Virus record (IMG/VR): IMGVR_UViG_3300029822_000049
Coordinates: 1 to 32,077 of that record
DNA length: 32,077 nt
Direction: 5' to 3' (one strand)
From: a virus
The position numbers were made by a program, and so were the translations under genes. The notes under the pieces were generated by a model. That model did no database searches, was not told the DNA's origin, and was given only the letters and a program-made list of their open reading frames with translations. Shown here in pieces: positions 22,360-32,023 of the stretch (position 1 is the first letter of the stretch; the number at the start of each line of letters is the position of its first letter).

Positions 22360-23328
22360 ATGAGTATAATCACCAAAGCCAACACTACCGCACTTGTACC
22401 AGAGGACGCAACTCGAGAAATCTTGAAGTCTGTACCTCAACAATCCCAAGTGCTCGCCCTTGCCACCAGACTTGCCAACATGTCAGCAGGTCAACGCAGA
22501 ATTCCTGTAATGTCTGCTATGCCCCAAGCTTATTTTGTTGAGGGCGTTCCTAGTGCCGCTCCCAACAATACCGTTGGTTTTAAGAAAACCACCAAAGCCG
22601 CATGGGACAATGTCTACATCACCGCCGAAGAAATTGCCTGTATCGTACCAATTCCAATTAGCGTATTGGAAGATGCAGCCTATGATATCTGGGCTGAAAT
22701 CCGTCCTTATATCGCACAGGCGTTTGGCATTGTCATTGACGATGCCATTTTGAACGGAACTGACAAACCAGCAAGTTGGGCGGACGGTATCGTTACCCAA
22801 GCCAAAGCAGCCGGACACGAAATAGAACGTGGCGCAACCGGCGCAGAACTGTACCAAGCCCTGTTGGGTGAAACCGGCGTAATCAACATGGTTGAAAATA
22901 CCGGCTCGTTACCAAATGCGGTACTTGCGTCCACAAAAATGCGTGGCGTAATCCGTGGCGCAGTTGACACCCAAGGTCAGCCCCTGTTCCGCGCTACCGC
23001 ACAAGAAAGCCAACCATACGTTATTGACGGACTTCCTGTCCACTTTGACGAAACCAAGGTACTAACCGACCTTGCTGTAGTTGGCGATTGGAGCAAGCTT
23101 GTGTATGCTATCCGCACGGACATGACTTACAAAGTCTTGACTGAAGCAATCATCCAAGACCTTGCCACGAGCGAAATTATCTACAACCTTGCACAGCAGG
23201 ACATGGTTGCCTTGCGTTGTTACATGCGCATGGGTTGGGCATTGCCAAATCCTGTAAACATTGCCGGCAACGGTGTACCGTTTGCGGTACTCACGCCCGT
23301 AGCAGAAGAAGCATCAGGCGGAGAATAG
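22360..23328 (+). CDS. major capsid protein (HK97-fold type)
   Basis: 322 aa. High-GC, codon-optimised look, strong RBS, correct position, followed by a strong stem-loop. Confidence 0.85.
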   Translation: MSIITKANTTALVPEDATREILKSVPQQSQVLALATRLANMSAGQRRIPVMSAMPQAYFVEGVPSAAPNNTVGFKKTTKAAWDNVYITAEEIACIVPIPISVLEDAAYDIWAEIRPYIAQAFGIVIDDAILNGTDKPASWADGIVTQAKAAGHEIERGATGAELYQALLGETGVINMVENTGSLPNAVLASTKMRGVIRGAVDTQGQPLFRATAQESQPYVIDGLPVHFDETKVLTDLAVVGDWSKLVYAIRTDMTYKVLTEAIIQDLATSEIIYNLAQQDMVALRCYMRMGWALPNPVNIAGNGVPFAVLTPVAEEASGGE

Positions 23329-23356
23329 CCAGTCAACCAACGCTCTTTGACGAAAA

Positions 23357-23380
23357 CAGGACGGTGTAAAAACCGTCCTG
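23357..23380 (+). promoter_or_regulatory. stem-loop downstream of the capsid gene (9-bp stem, no U-tract)
   Basis: caggacggt / gtaaaa / accgtcctg. May act as an attenuator or mRNA stabiliser. Confidence 0.55.
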
Positions 23381-23395
23381 AAAAGAAAGGACACC

Positions 23396-23812
23396 ATGAC
23401 CATTGCCGACTTAATTGAGCAAGTGCGGAGAATGGTTGCAGAGCCAAACTCCAACATTTACACCAACGAAATTGTTGAGAAAATCATCAAAAGAAACGCT
23501 ATTAACGATAGCGATAATCGTACGCCAGACAACCCGGCATGGACACCAACCTATGACCTGAACGCCGCAGCATCAGACATATGGGAAGAAAAAGCCGGAG
23601 CAGTAGCGGACGAAATTGATTTTAATGCGGACGGTGGCTCATTCCAGAGAAGCCAAAAATTCACCATGTACATGCGCCAAGCAGCTAGATACCGGTCAAA
23701 ATCCAAAGCATCAAACATGAAACTTGAAGCAATGCGAGACGTGAATCATCTTGGTTGGGAAGATATACCGTATAAAGATTGGATTGACGAAAGAAATGAA
23801 AATCTGGTCTGA
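23396..23812 (+). CDS. head-tail adaptor (connector) protein
   Basis: 138 aa. The motif W(T)PTYDLNAAASDIWEEKAGA...DFNADGGSFQRSQ resembles head-to-tail adaptor families. Confidence 0.6.
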   Translation: MTIADLIEQVRRMVAEPNSNIYTNEIVEKIIKRNAINDSDNRTPDNPAWTPTYDLNAAASDIWEEKAGAVADEIDFNADGGSFQRSQKFTMYMRQAARYRSKSKASNMKLEAMRDVNHLGWEDIPYKDWIDERNENLV

Positions 23813-24173
23813 ACTTGAGAAACAAAAAATGCGCCATGAAGCAGAACAACACATGTCAGACAGGTGCATTATTCAAGACCGAGTTTACTCCACCAACCAG
23901 CTTGGCGAAGACACATCAACATGGGTTGACCGTGATAAAGAAACAATCTGCGGATTCGAAGCCAAACACGGAATGGAACAATTCGGAGACCAAATCCTAA
24001 CCACTTGGGAAGCTATCCTAAGGCTACCTGTAAACACCGCCCTAACCCAAGAAAACAAGGTAAAAATCACCGTACACCGTGGAGACCCTACCAATACCAC
24101 CTATGAGATAGTAAGCCCTATAACCATAGGAATTTCTGCCTTACAGGCGAAACTAAAAAGAGTAGAGGACTAA
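23796..24173 (+). CDS. head closure / head-tail joining protein
   Basis: 125 aa from ATG 23796 (the track TTG at 23751 overlaps further). Called by position and size. Confidence 0.55.
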   Translation: MKIWSELEKQKMRHEAEQHMSDRCIIQDRVYSTNQLGEDTSTWVDRDKETICGFEAKHGMEQFGDQILTTWEAILRLPVNTALTQENKVKITVHRGDPTNTTYEIVSPITIGISALQAKLKRVED

Positions 24174-24174
24174 C

Positions 24175-24615
24175 ATGGCTATCACCGTTGAGTTTGATAC
24201 AACCCAAGTAAAAGCAGCACTAAAGCGACTTGACGATACAGTTAGGGGTGAAGCAGCAAAGCAAGCCTTACAAACCGGAGCACATGTCATTGAAGCTAAA
24301 GCAAAGGTAAACCTATCAGGACACGGACTGCACAAAACCGGTAGACTAATCAACAGCGTAGAAGTGTTTAACGTTACTCCAAAACAAGCATTAGTAGGCA
24401 GTCGTGGTGTCATTTACGCACCTGTACACGAGTTTGGAACGGTCATTCGTCCAAAGAGAGCCAAGGTACTATCATGGATTGGACAGGACGGCGTTCGTAG
24501 GTTTGCAAAAATGGTTCGTATACCGGCACGTCCGTGGCTAAGACCAGCAGCTGAAGAAAGCAAAGCGGAAATAGCAAACGTCATGGCAATGGTTATCAGG
24601 AGCTTTTTGAAATGA
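24175..24615 (+). CDS. HK97 gp10-like tail completion protein
   Basis: 146 aa. The GHGLHKTGRLINSVEV pattern is typical of the gp10 family. Confidence 0.65.
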   Translation: MAITVEFDTTQVKAALKRLDDTVRGEAAKQALQTGAHVIEAKAKVNLSGHGLHKTGRLINSVEVFNVTPKQALVGSRGVIYAPVHEFGTVIRPKRAKVLSWIGQDGVRRFAKMVRIPARPWLRPAAEESKAEIANVMAMVIRSFLK

Positions 24616-25010
24616 CAGAACCTATCGAGCAAAGTATCAGAACGCACCTAATCACCCACCCGGAAGTGTTCGCCCTTGTAGGCGATAGAGTATATCCGGG
24701 CTACAAACACCAAGGCGTTGAAAGTCCTTGCATACTGTATCAAAGAGTAAGCACAGAACGAGCATTGACCCACGACCAAAAACCAAGCGGACTAACAACA
24801 GCACGTATTCAGTTTGACGTTTTAAGCGACACCCTTGACCAAGCCCTAACCATTGCAGATGTTATGCGAATTGCGCTTGTTGGCTATCGTGGAGACCTAG
24901 GTGAAAACTACGCCCAAATCATTTTGCCAGCGTTGGAAATGCACGGAGATAGAGAAGAAACAACCGCTCGTGTTATTATTGATTACAGCATCAGTTTTAC
25001 AGAGGAGTAA
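24612..25010 (+). CDS. tail terminator (DUF3168-like)
   Basis: 132 aa. IRTHLITHPEVFALVGDRVYPG...PCILYQRVS matches the DUF3168-type pattern. ATGA overlap with the previous gene. Confidence 0.65.
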   Translation: MTEPIEQSIRTHLITHPEVFALVGDRVYPGYKHQGVESPCILYQRVSTERALTHDQKPSGLTTARIQFDVLSDTLDQALTIADVMRIALVGYRGDLGENYAQIILPALEMHGDREETTARVIIDYSISFTEE

Positions 25011-25016
25011 AGAAAG

Positions 25017-25526
25017 ATGACAAAATTTGCAGCAACCGGCACCGGCTTATGGTGCGACAACATTGAACTAGCGCAAGTATCAAATATTACAGGACCAAAC
25101 CTGTCCGTTGACATGGTTGATGTCAGCACCCATGACGGAAACAATTGGGAAGAATTCGTACCAACCATTTTACGAACAGGCACAGTAACACTTGACCTGT
25201 TGTATGACCCAAGCAACGCAACACACGTTGAAGCGTTAAGAAAACTAGTTGACCGAGAAAAGAAAACGTATGAATTGCGATTTCCAGATACCGCCAGAAG
25301 CAAATGGATTTTTGATGCTTTTGTATCCGGGTTTACTCCAACCGCACCAGTAGCAGGAGTATTGACAGCTAGTGTTACATTCAAACCAACCGGAGAGCCA
25401 ACCCTAATAGGAAACTACCCGGCAAAAAGCGGTTCAGCTACTGAAACAACTAGAACAGAACCCAAAACAACTATAACCAAAGCGACACCAAAAGTCGCCA
25501 CAGACAAAGAAGAAACTAAGGAGTAA
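25017..25526 (+). CDS. major tail (tube) protein, paralog 1, with low-complexity C-terminal extension
   Basis: 169 aa. RBS gaggagtaaagaaagATG. Shares MTK(F/Y)AATGT, GPN(L/I)SVDMVDVS.HDG.NWEEFV and GFTPTAPVAGVLTASVT.KPTG with 25530-25961. Confidence 0.8.
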   Translation: MTKFAATGTGLWCDNIELAQVSNITGPNLSVDMVDVSTHDGNNWEEFVPTILRTGTVTLDLLYDPSNATHVEALRKLVDREKKTYELRFPDTARSKWIFDAFVSGFTPTAPVAGVLTASVTFKPTGEPTLIGNYPAKSGSATETTRTEPKTTITKATPKVATDKEETKE

Positions 25527-25529
25527 GAA

Positions 25530-25961
25530 ATGACGAAGTATGCAGCAACTGGAACAAAGCTCACCCGGGGAGCATATCCGGGCACAGAACTAGCACAAGC
25601 AACCAACATCAGCGGTCCGAACATCAGCGTTGACATGGTTGACGTATCAGAGCATGACGGCGGTAATTGGGAAGAATTCGTTGCCACCATTTTACGGTCT
25701 GGCAACATTACCGTTGACATCATTTATGACCCAGATGAAGACACACACACAAACGCAACCGAGGGTTTAATGCACGACCTTGTAAACCGCACCAAAAGCG
25801 TATGGAATTTAGTACTTCCTACCACGCCAGTAAGATATTTTAGTTTTGAAGCGTATGTGGCTGGTTTTACTCCAACCGCACCAGTAGCCGGTGTCCTAAC
25901 CGCTAGTGTAACACTTAAGCCAACCGGCGCAATAACACCACCCTTGACCACCACACCCTAA
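25530..25961 (+). CDS. major tail (tube) protein, paralog 2
   Basis: 143 aa. Has its own RBS (taaggagtaagaaATG). Roughly half the residues match paralog 1 by eye. Confidence 0.75.
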   Translation: MTKYAATGTKLTRGAYPGTELAQATNISGPNISVDMVDVSEHDGGNWEEFVATILRSGNITVDIIYDPDEDTHTNATEGLMHDLVNRTKSVWNLVLPTTPVRYFSFEAYVAGFTPTAPVAGVLTASVTLKPTGAITPPLTTTP

Positions 25962-25970
25962 GGAGAAAAA

Positions 25971-26324
25971 ATGCTAACACGTGAACAAATCCTAGCAGTA
26001 CAAGATATCACCCAAGAAACCGTTGAAGTACCAGAATGGGGCGGTTCGGTATACGTCCGTGGTATGACCGGTACAGAACGAGACGCTTTTGAACAAAAAA
26101 TACTTGTACAAAAAGGCAAGAAACGAGAAGCCAATATGGACATGTTCCGAGCAAAACTTATTGCTTATTCTGTCTGTGACGAAAAAGGCGAGCTACTGTT
26201 TGCTGAAGAAGATATCGAAGCGTTAGGTAAGAAGTCAGCAAGTGCCTTACAGCGCATTTTTGACGTAGCCATGCGTTTAAGTGGATTATCACCAGATGAC
26301 GCAGAGGAACTGACAAAAAACTAA
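25971..26324 (+). CDS. tail assembly chaperone (gpG analogue)
   Basis: 117 aa, acidic, located between the tube genes and the TMP. Ends ...ACA AAA AAC TAA. Confidence 0.8.
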   Translation: MLTREQILAVQDITQETVEVPEWGGSVYVRGMTGTERDAFEQKILVQKGKKREANMDMFRAKLIAYSVCDEKGELLFAEEDIEALGKKSASALQRIFDVAMRLSGLSPDDAEELTKN

Positions 26325-26653
26325 GAGAGGGCAGTCGGAGATTTTACTTCCGACTTGCCCTTAAACTCGGCATGACAGTAACAGAACTATTATCAAGAAT
26401 ATCAAGCCGAGAATTGACAGAATGGATGTCTTTTTTTGAATTAGAACCGTGGGGCACAGAGACAGAACTGCTCGGACACGCTATCACCAGCGCAACCATA
26501 GCCAACGTGAACCGGGACACCAAGAAAAGACCTAACCCATTCACAGCAAATGATTTTATACCAGAATTCGACCGGTACAAAGCAACTGAGAACCAAGCCC
26601 TGAAAATCCGTCAAATCAACGCCATGTTTGGCGGAAAGGAGATAAGCAAATGA
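25971..26653 (+). CDS. tail assembly chaperone frameshift fusion (gpGT analogue; -1 shift at 26321)
   Basis: The -1 frame is open from 26300 to 26653. The ATG at 26372 has no RBS. The stop overlaps the TMP start (ATGA, 26650-26653). Confidence 0.7.
26315..26360 (+). promoter_or_regulatory. programmed -1 ribosomal frameshift signal: slippery heptamer A_AAA_AAC plus downstream stem-loop
   Basis: The heptamer at 26315-26321 is in the X_XXY_YYZ register of the 25971 frame. A 7-nt spacer follows, then the stem gggcagtcgga (26329-26339) / tccgacttgccc (26349-26360) with one bulged T. Confidence 0.75.
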
Positions 26654-29529
26654 GTACAATTGCAGATTTAGCGGTAAAGCTAGGACTTGACTCTAGTGGT
26701 TTTAGTAAAGGCGTTGGACAAGCGCAAGGTGATTTATCCAAGCTTGAACAATCAGTCAACAAAGTTCGTGAAGCCGGTAAAAAAATATCAGACGTTGGCA
26801 AAGCTATTTCTATTGGCGTTACTGCACCTGTTACCGCCGCAAGTATCGCACTTTTGAAGTTTGGTTCAGACGCTCAAAAATCACTTCAAATTGAAAAAGC
26901 ATTTAATGATATTGCGTCCTCAGCCGGACGAATGGGAAGAGAAGTTTTGGCAGGACTGAAAATGTCAAGCCAAGGACTAATCACCAACACCGAATTAATG
27001 AAATCGTTTAACCTTGCTGCCAACTTAGTCAGCACAGATTTTGCACTTAAGCTACCAGAAGCCATGAAATATCTTGGCAAAGTATCAGCTGCAACCGGTC
27101 AAGACATGAGTTATCTATTGGATAGTCTTGTCAAAGGTGTTGGTAGATTATCGCCAATGATTTTAGACAACCTAGCGGTGCAAGTAAGCCTAACAGACGC
27201 TTATGATAAATATGCTAAAAGCATTGGCAAAACAGCAGACGAACTAACCAAAGCAGAACAGCAAACCGCAGTCATGAATGAAACCATGCGCCTATTAAAA
27301 CGCAACACCGCAAGCATGGGAGATGAATTCGGTACAACCGGCGACAAAATCAAAACCGCAATGGGTAACGCAAAAGACGCAATTGGAAAACAACTTGCCC
27401 CAGCACTAAAAGACGCAGGAGAAAGAATCATTCCGCTTGTCAATCGTTTTGCTGAATTATTCAAAGAGGGCAACTCACTGCACCCGATTATTACAGTGCT
27501 TGGAGACACTATCAACAAACTAATAGGACACGCAGAAAACCTTGTAAACTGGCTAAGCCAACTTAACCCACAAGTGGTAGAGAATACAGCCAAATTTACC
27601 CTGTTTTTAACTGTGCTAGGACCTGTACTGACCGTTGTCGGAAAACTAACAACCGGTTTTGGCAGTTTCATGGGCGTGCTAGGAAAAATAGGAACACTAT
27701 TCAAAAACACAATTATTGCGTTTGAGGGTGGCAACCTTGTATTAGCATCGACAGGGTTAGCCGCCAAAGGCGCAGCAAGCGGTGTTGCCACGTTATCTGT
27801 ATCGCTTAGCAAATTAGCCATGTTCGGCGGTTGGGGATTATTAGTAGGCGGTGCAATCGCACTCGGAAAATGGCAAAAAGAGCTTGAAAACACTAGTAAC
27901 ACTGTTGCAGATAGCATGAGAGATATTGACGGTGTTTTAATCAAAAGCGGACAAAGCTTTGATGATTGGCGTGAAAGTGTCAACAACGCATTAAAAGACA
28001 TAGAGCTTCCAAAAGGACTTTCAGAATGGGATATGCAAGTTGCATTTATCAAAACCCAAATGGAAGACCTTGTAAAAGCAGGCGTAATCACCGCAGACGA
28101 AATGGAAAGCCTATACTGGCGCATGCGTAACCCCGGTTCAGGTGGTGGCATGGCAGTTATGAACTACGTCCACGGTTTGGTAGAGGGATATGAAACCCTA
28201 AAGGAAACCATGTGGAGTATTGTTCCGGCAATGGAAGCGTATGATGACGCTATCGACTACCAAGAGGGTTTAGTCGGTGTTGGACGGACAGCAGAAGAAT
28301 TAGAAAAAGTTCGTGACAACGCAGAGGAAGCCACAAGCGCAGCCGCAGAACTAGCCGCGGAATTACAATCATTTACCGTTCAAGTAGATGACATTACAAG
28401 CCTAACAAAAAACTTCGGGAGTATCGTTTCTTTAGCGGAAAGCTACACCACAGAACTTGAAAATATTGCAAAGGTGCAAGAGCGAATTAAAGAGCTAGAA
28501 CCGTTCGAAGATACCGGCGGACGGATTGACGGTGTTTGGAGGTCAGCAGCGAAAGTCAAAGAAGAGCTGGAAAACTTGCGTGGTGAAGTATCAAAGAGCG
28601 AAGAAGCCATGCAACGTATGGCAGACCAAATGACCTTAAACATGCTACAAGCTACTATTGCAATCGGTGGCGTCACACAGGCAGAAGCAGAAGCATATTT
28701 CAAAATGGCAGTTGATATGGGCGTCATCAGTCAAGATGCAGCAGATAAAGCAATCGAAGCCTATGGCGATGCAGTAGACACTATCAATGACTATGTAATA
28801 GAAACAAAAACCGGCATAGTAGAAGCAAGCGCAGAACAGTACTGGCGTGTTATCCGAGATATTGAAAGTCAACAATTCCAAGATAAAATAGCCAACCTTA
28901 TTGCAGAGGCAGAACAGTTTGACGAAACATGGTCGAATAGGGACGCTTTAGAGTTCGGGCAAAAAGTTGCTGATACATTATTAGAAACCGGTCAGTTTGG
29001 AGAGGATTTCAGCGCAATTGACGCATTAGAATTCCTTGGAAAAACCATTCCAGTTGAATTGAAAAACGCCGCAATCGCACAAGACAATTTGGACAGATTC
29101 CAAAACTTCGAATTTATTCCAAAAACTATTGACTTTATTCTAGGCGATACATCAGAAATAGAGGGATACAATCCACCAACCCGAACCGGAACTGTAAATT
29201 ATCAGCTAGGCAATACTCCGACGTGGAATCCACCGTCTTATGGTCCAACACTAACACCAAGAGCAACAGGCGGTAGAGCAATTACAGATAGCGTTTACTT
29301 GGTCGGCGAGCGCGGGCCCGAGCTATTCATTCCTGATGTGTCCGGAAACGTTATTCCAAACTGGCAACTTGACGTATCAAGCACTTCATCATTTGATGAA
29401 AGAGCATTGGCTCGGGCTGTCGCAACCGCCATGAGAGAGGTATATCAGGAACAAGCCTTGCAAGATGAAATGAACACCACACAAAAAAGAAGTCGTAGAA
29501 GTGCTTTTGTAGAAGTAGAGGATTGGTAA
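26650..29529 (+). CDS. tape measure protein
   Basis: 959 aa, Ala/Gly/Leu-rich and helical with hydrophobic central segments. Canonical position. Confidence 0.9.
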   Translation: MSTIADLAVKLGLDSSGFSKGVGQAQGDLSKLEQSVNKVREAGKKISDVGKAISIGVTAPVTAASIALLKFGSDAQKSLQIEKAFNDIASSAGRMGREVLAGLKMSSQGLITNTELMKSFNLAANLVSTDFALKLPEAMKYLGKVSAATGQDMSYLLDSLVKGVGRLSPMILDNLAVQVSLTDAYDKYAKSIGKTADELTKAEQQTAVMNETMRLLKRNTASMGDEFGTTGDKIKTAMGNAKDAIGKQLAPALKDAGERIIPLVNRFAELFKEGNSLHPIITVLGDTINKLIGHAENLVNWLSQLNPQVVENTAKFTLFLTVLGPVLTVVGKLTTGFGSFMGVLGKIGTLFKNTIIAFEGGNLVLASTGLAAKGAASGVATLSVSLSKLAMFGGWGLLVGGAIALGKWQKELENTSNTVADSMRDIDGVLIKSGQSFDDWRESVNNALKDIELPKGLSEWDMQVAFIKTQMEDLVKAGVITADEMESLYWRMRNPGSGGGMAVMNYVHGLVEGYETLKETMWSIVPAMEAYDDAIDYQEGLVGVGRTAEELEKVRDNAEEATSAAAELAAELQSFTVQVDDITSLTKNFGSIVSLAESYTTELENIAKVQERIKELEPFEDTGGRIDGVWRSAAKVKEELENLRGEVSKSEEAMQRMADQMTLNMLQATIAIGGVTQAEAEAYFKMAVDMGVISQDAADKAIEAYGDAVDTINDYVIETKTGIVEASAEQYWRVIRDIESQQFQDKIANLIAEAEQFDETWSNRDALEFGQKVADTLLETGQFGEDFSAIDALEFLGKTIPVELKNAAIAQDNLDRFQNFEFIPKTIDFILGDTSEIEGYNPPTRTGTVNYQLGNTPTWNPPSYGPTLTPRATGGRAITDSVYLVGERGPELFIPDVSGNVIPNWQLDVSSTSSFDERALARAVATAMREVYQEQALQDEMNTTQKRSRRSAFVEVEDW

Positions 29530-29530
29530 T

Positions 29531-32023
29531 ATGCTTAAACCATTGAACGAAACCAAATTCAAGTTTTGGATTGTAGACCCAGTAGAGAGTATAAACCACG
29601 TTGAAAACCCACTTCCATGGACTTTAGAGGGATATTCAAAATCAAACCCTAATGGAAGTCTTGAAGTACGCACGGAACACATGCGCAATGGCGGTCCGTG
29701 CTTACGGGCTATTGATACAAGCATCAAATACACAAAACCAATGACCGAACTTGAAGCAGGCGAACAGTATGAGTTGCTTATTGACGCATACGCAGTAAAA
29801 GACACTATATTAACCGTGCACGTAGTAAAACACAATGGTCCGGCAATTAAGACAAAAAGCTTTCGTATGGGTGGTAATTGGCAATGGCTAAGAATACCGT
29901 TTATAGGTGTGCACGGAGTAACGTTTGAAATAGAGATGACAGACCAAGAAGGTGACATAGTTGACAACACGTTTTGGATTGATAGGTTATCAGTCCAAAA
30001 AGGTACTAACATGACTTGGTTCTGCGGATATGGCTTTAGCGCAGATACAAGTTTACACTTCCGTTGGGAAGGAGAGCCAATGAACAGCCGGTCAATTCAC
30101 AATGGACAAGACCGCAGAGCCGGCAAAATGTATGACCTTGATGATTACATGGAAGTTAAACGAGTGCTTGGTCTAGGCATGGGTGATTGGGAACAGCGCA
30201 TGACACCAGTTTTGACAGGTGGAGCGTTATATCAAGACATGATTGAGCAACCCAGACCGTTTAGTATTGTTGGCGTAAACAAAGCCACGAAAATGAAAGA
30301 CCTCATGCTGAAGCGCAAGATTATTAGCTTGCTAGTACGTCCTGATACCAACGAACACAGCCCACTTAATCTAATATTCCAAGCATTCAACAAAGTGCAT
30401 GGCTACCCAGAATCAGAGGAACTAACAATCGAATGTGTTTGCACCTCAGCCTTAAAAGACATGCCACACTATGACACCGTAGCAGACAGCGTTTTGACTT
30501 TTGTAAAACCAGACCCGTACCTGTATGGAAATTATTACAATGGATATAGGCAAGGGCAGGACATTGAAATCACCTCTGACAACATCATAATGAGGAAAAC
30601 GAACGGTGAATGGAAAGCATTACCCGGACTTGACGGACCAGTAAGAGCAGTCGCTTTTGACAGTTCAGGTCGCATATGGGCTGGCGGTGAATTTACTGGA
30701 AAAGTAAAAGTTTGGAATGGCTCGATGTGGACAAACGTACCCGGAGATACACGAATGCCAAACAATACCGTGTATACTATTACGTGTCTTCCAAACGGAG
30801 AAGTGTATATTGGTGGCAATTTTACGCAAATAGGACCTGCTCCAATACAACGAATCGCACATTACAGAAAATTAAGCGATAACACTTGGGCTTGGACAGT
30901 GCTAAAATCAGGAAATGCAGTTAGCAACGGAGACGTAAGAGCCATTCACATTGACGGAAACGGTCACGCAGTTATAGGTGGCTCGTTCAGCACAGTTGAC
31001 GGACAAACATCAAGAGCAATCGCAAAATACAACCCATTCGATAACACTTGGAAAACATATGGAAACGCAATATCAAGTGGGCAAATACTAAGTATATGTG
31101 ACGGCGGATTACCGCATCGAATTGCAATTGCCGGAGACTTCGATGTTTCAAGCAGTATCAGACACATAGCGTTTTTGTTTACTGATAGCGGTAATGTTAT
31201 GTCAATGGGAGACACCAGAACGTATCCGCAAAACTTCTTTGTAGCAAAACGCATTATAAAGCTAGCAGATTCATCTTTAGCCTATGTTGGCAGATTCAAT
31301 ATTGGACGCACTCATGGTGTTGGAAGATATAAAAACGCAAGAAACGAAGCATTAGCTACTAACCTAGGAAACGGAACACTTGACGGTATCGAACATATTC
31401 ATCAAAACGTAGATGGAACAATTGACGTATTTACAAACGAATATGATTTTGAATATAACGGAGAGGAAATAGGCAGGTTTATTCGCATCAGAAACAACAT
31501 TGTTGAACGAAACTTAGATGTTAATGTTATTACCGACAGCATTCCAAGCGCCCAATTTTACACATCAGCAACGACTATTTATGGAGATACTGTTTTGGGC
31601 GGTTGGTGGAGTGGCGTTATTAAAATGCCCGGACCACCCGATATTATTCCAATGGTGTCAGAAGCAACAGCAGGAACGTACCCAATTATCAGGGCGTTTG
31701 GGTTCAAACGAATGCGGTCAATTTACAACAGAAGAACAGGGAAGACAATCCAGTTTAGAGAAGCATTGCTACTCGAAAAACAATGGCTAGAAATGGCACT
31801 CATGCCAGACAACATCAGAGTTATGATTGACTGGAAAAACCGTCTTGACCTTGTAACAGTTGGGTCAAGCCTATCATCATTCGTTTTAGAACCCGGGCGC
31901 AATGAAATCCTAGTTGATACAACCCTATATGAAACAGATCCAAAGACCAATGAACCGGGTGATGTTTACGTGCTATGGAAGCCAAGATTTTGGGGAGTAG
32001 AGGGAGCGTTCCGAAATGATTAG
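29531..32023 (+). CDS. elaborated distal tail protein (Dit) with N-terminal CBM-like jelly roll and inserted beta-propeller-like repeats
   Basis: 830 aa, immediately after the TMP. The C-terminus (GKTIQFREALLLEKQWLEM...LDLVTVGSSLSSFVLEPGRNEILV) is typical of siphovirus Dit proteins. Central repeats GG(E/N/S)F(T/S)...(V/I)A(H/K)Y...W. Confidence 0.65.
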   Translation: MLKPLNETKFKFWIVDPVESINHVENPLPWTLEGYSKSNPNGSLEVRTEHMRNGGPCLRAIDTSIKYTKPMTELEAGEQYELLIDAYAVKDTILTVHVVKHNGPAIKTKSFRMGGNWQWLRIPFIGVHGVTFEIEMTDQEGDIVDNTFWIDRLSVQKGTNMTWFCGYGFSADTSLHFRWEGEPMNSRSIHNGQDRRAGKMYDLDDYMEVKRVLGLGMGDWEQRMTPVLTGGALYQDMIEQPRPFSIVGVNKATKMKDLMLKRKIISLLVRPDTNEHSPLNLIFQAFNKVHGYPESEELTIECVCTSALKDMPHYDTVADSVLTFVKPDPYLYGNYYNGYRQGQDIEITSDNIIMRKTNGEWKALPGLDGPVRAVAFDSSGRIWAGGEFTGKVKVWNGSMWTNVPGDTRMPNNTVYTITCLPNGEVYIGGNFTQIGPAPIQRIAHYRKLSDNTWAWTVLKSGNAVSNGDVRAIHIDGNGHAVIGGSFSTVDGQTSRAIAKYNPFDNTWKTYGNAISSGQILSICDGGLPHRIAIAGDFDVSSSIRHIAFLFTDSGNVMSMGDTRTYPQNFFVAKRIIKLADSSLAYVGRFNIGRTHGVGRYKNARNEALATNLGNGTLDGIEHIHQNVDGTIDVFTNEYDFEYNGEEIGRFIRIRNNIVERNLDVNVITDSIPSAQFYTSATTIYGDTVLGGWWSGVIKMPGPPDIIPMVSEATAGTYPIIRAFGFKRMRSIYNRRTGKTIQFREALLLEKQWLEMALMPDNIRVMIDWKNRLDLVTVGSSLSSFVLEPGRNEILVDTTLYETDPKTNEPGDVYVLWKPRFWGVEGAFRND

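Noticed and set aside
26372-26653. Independent 93-aa ORF starting at ATG 26372
   Set aside because: There is no RBS. The frame is open upstream to 26300 and is in the -1 register to the gpG-like ORF, with a slippery heptamer and stem-loop. It is better explained as the frameshift extension.
27201-28151. 316-aa minus-strand ORF, and all other minus-strand ORFs in the track (for example 21645-22307, 12369-12887, 29389-30012, 24983-25384)
   Set aside because: Every one lies antisense inside a well-supported + strand gene. They have low-complexity Ser/Pro/Leu-rich translations, no RBS and no family signature. The whole genome is otherwise unidirectional with coupled genes. They are shadow ORFs.
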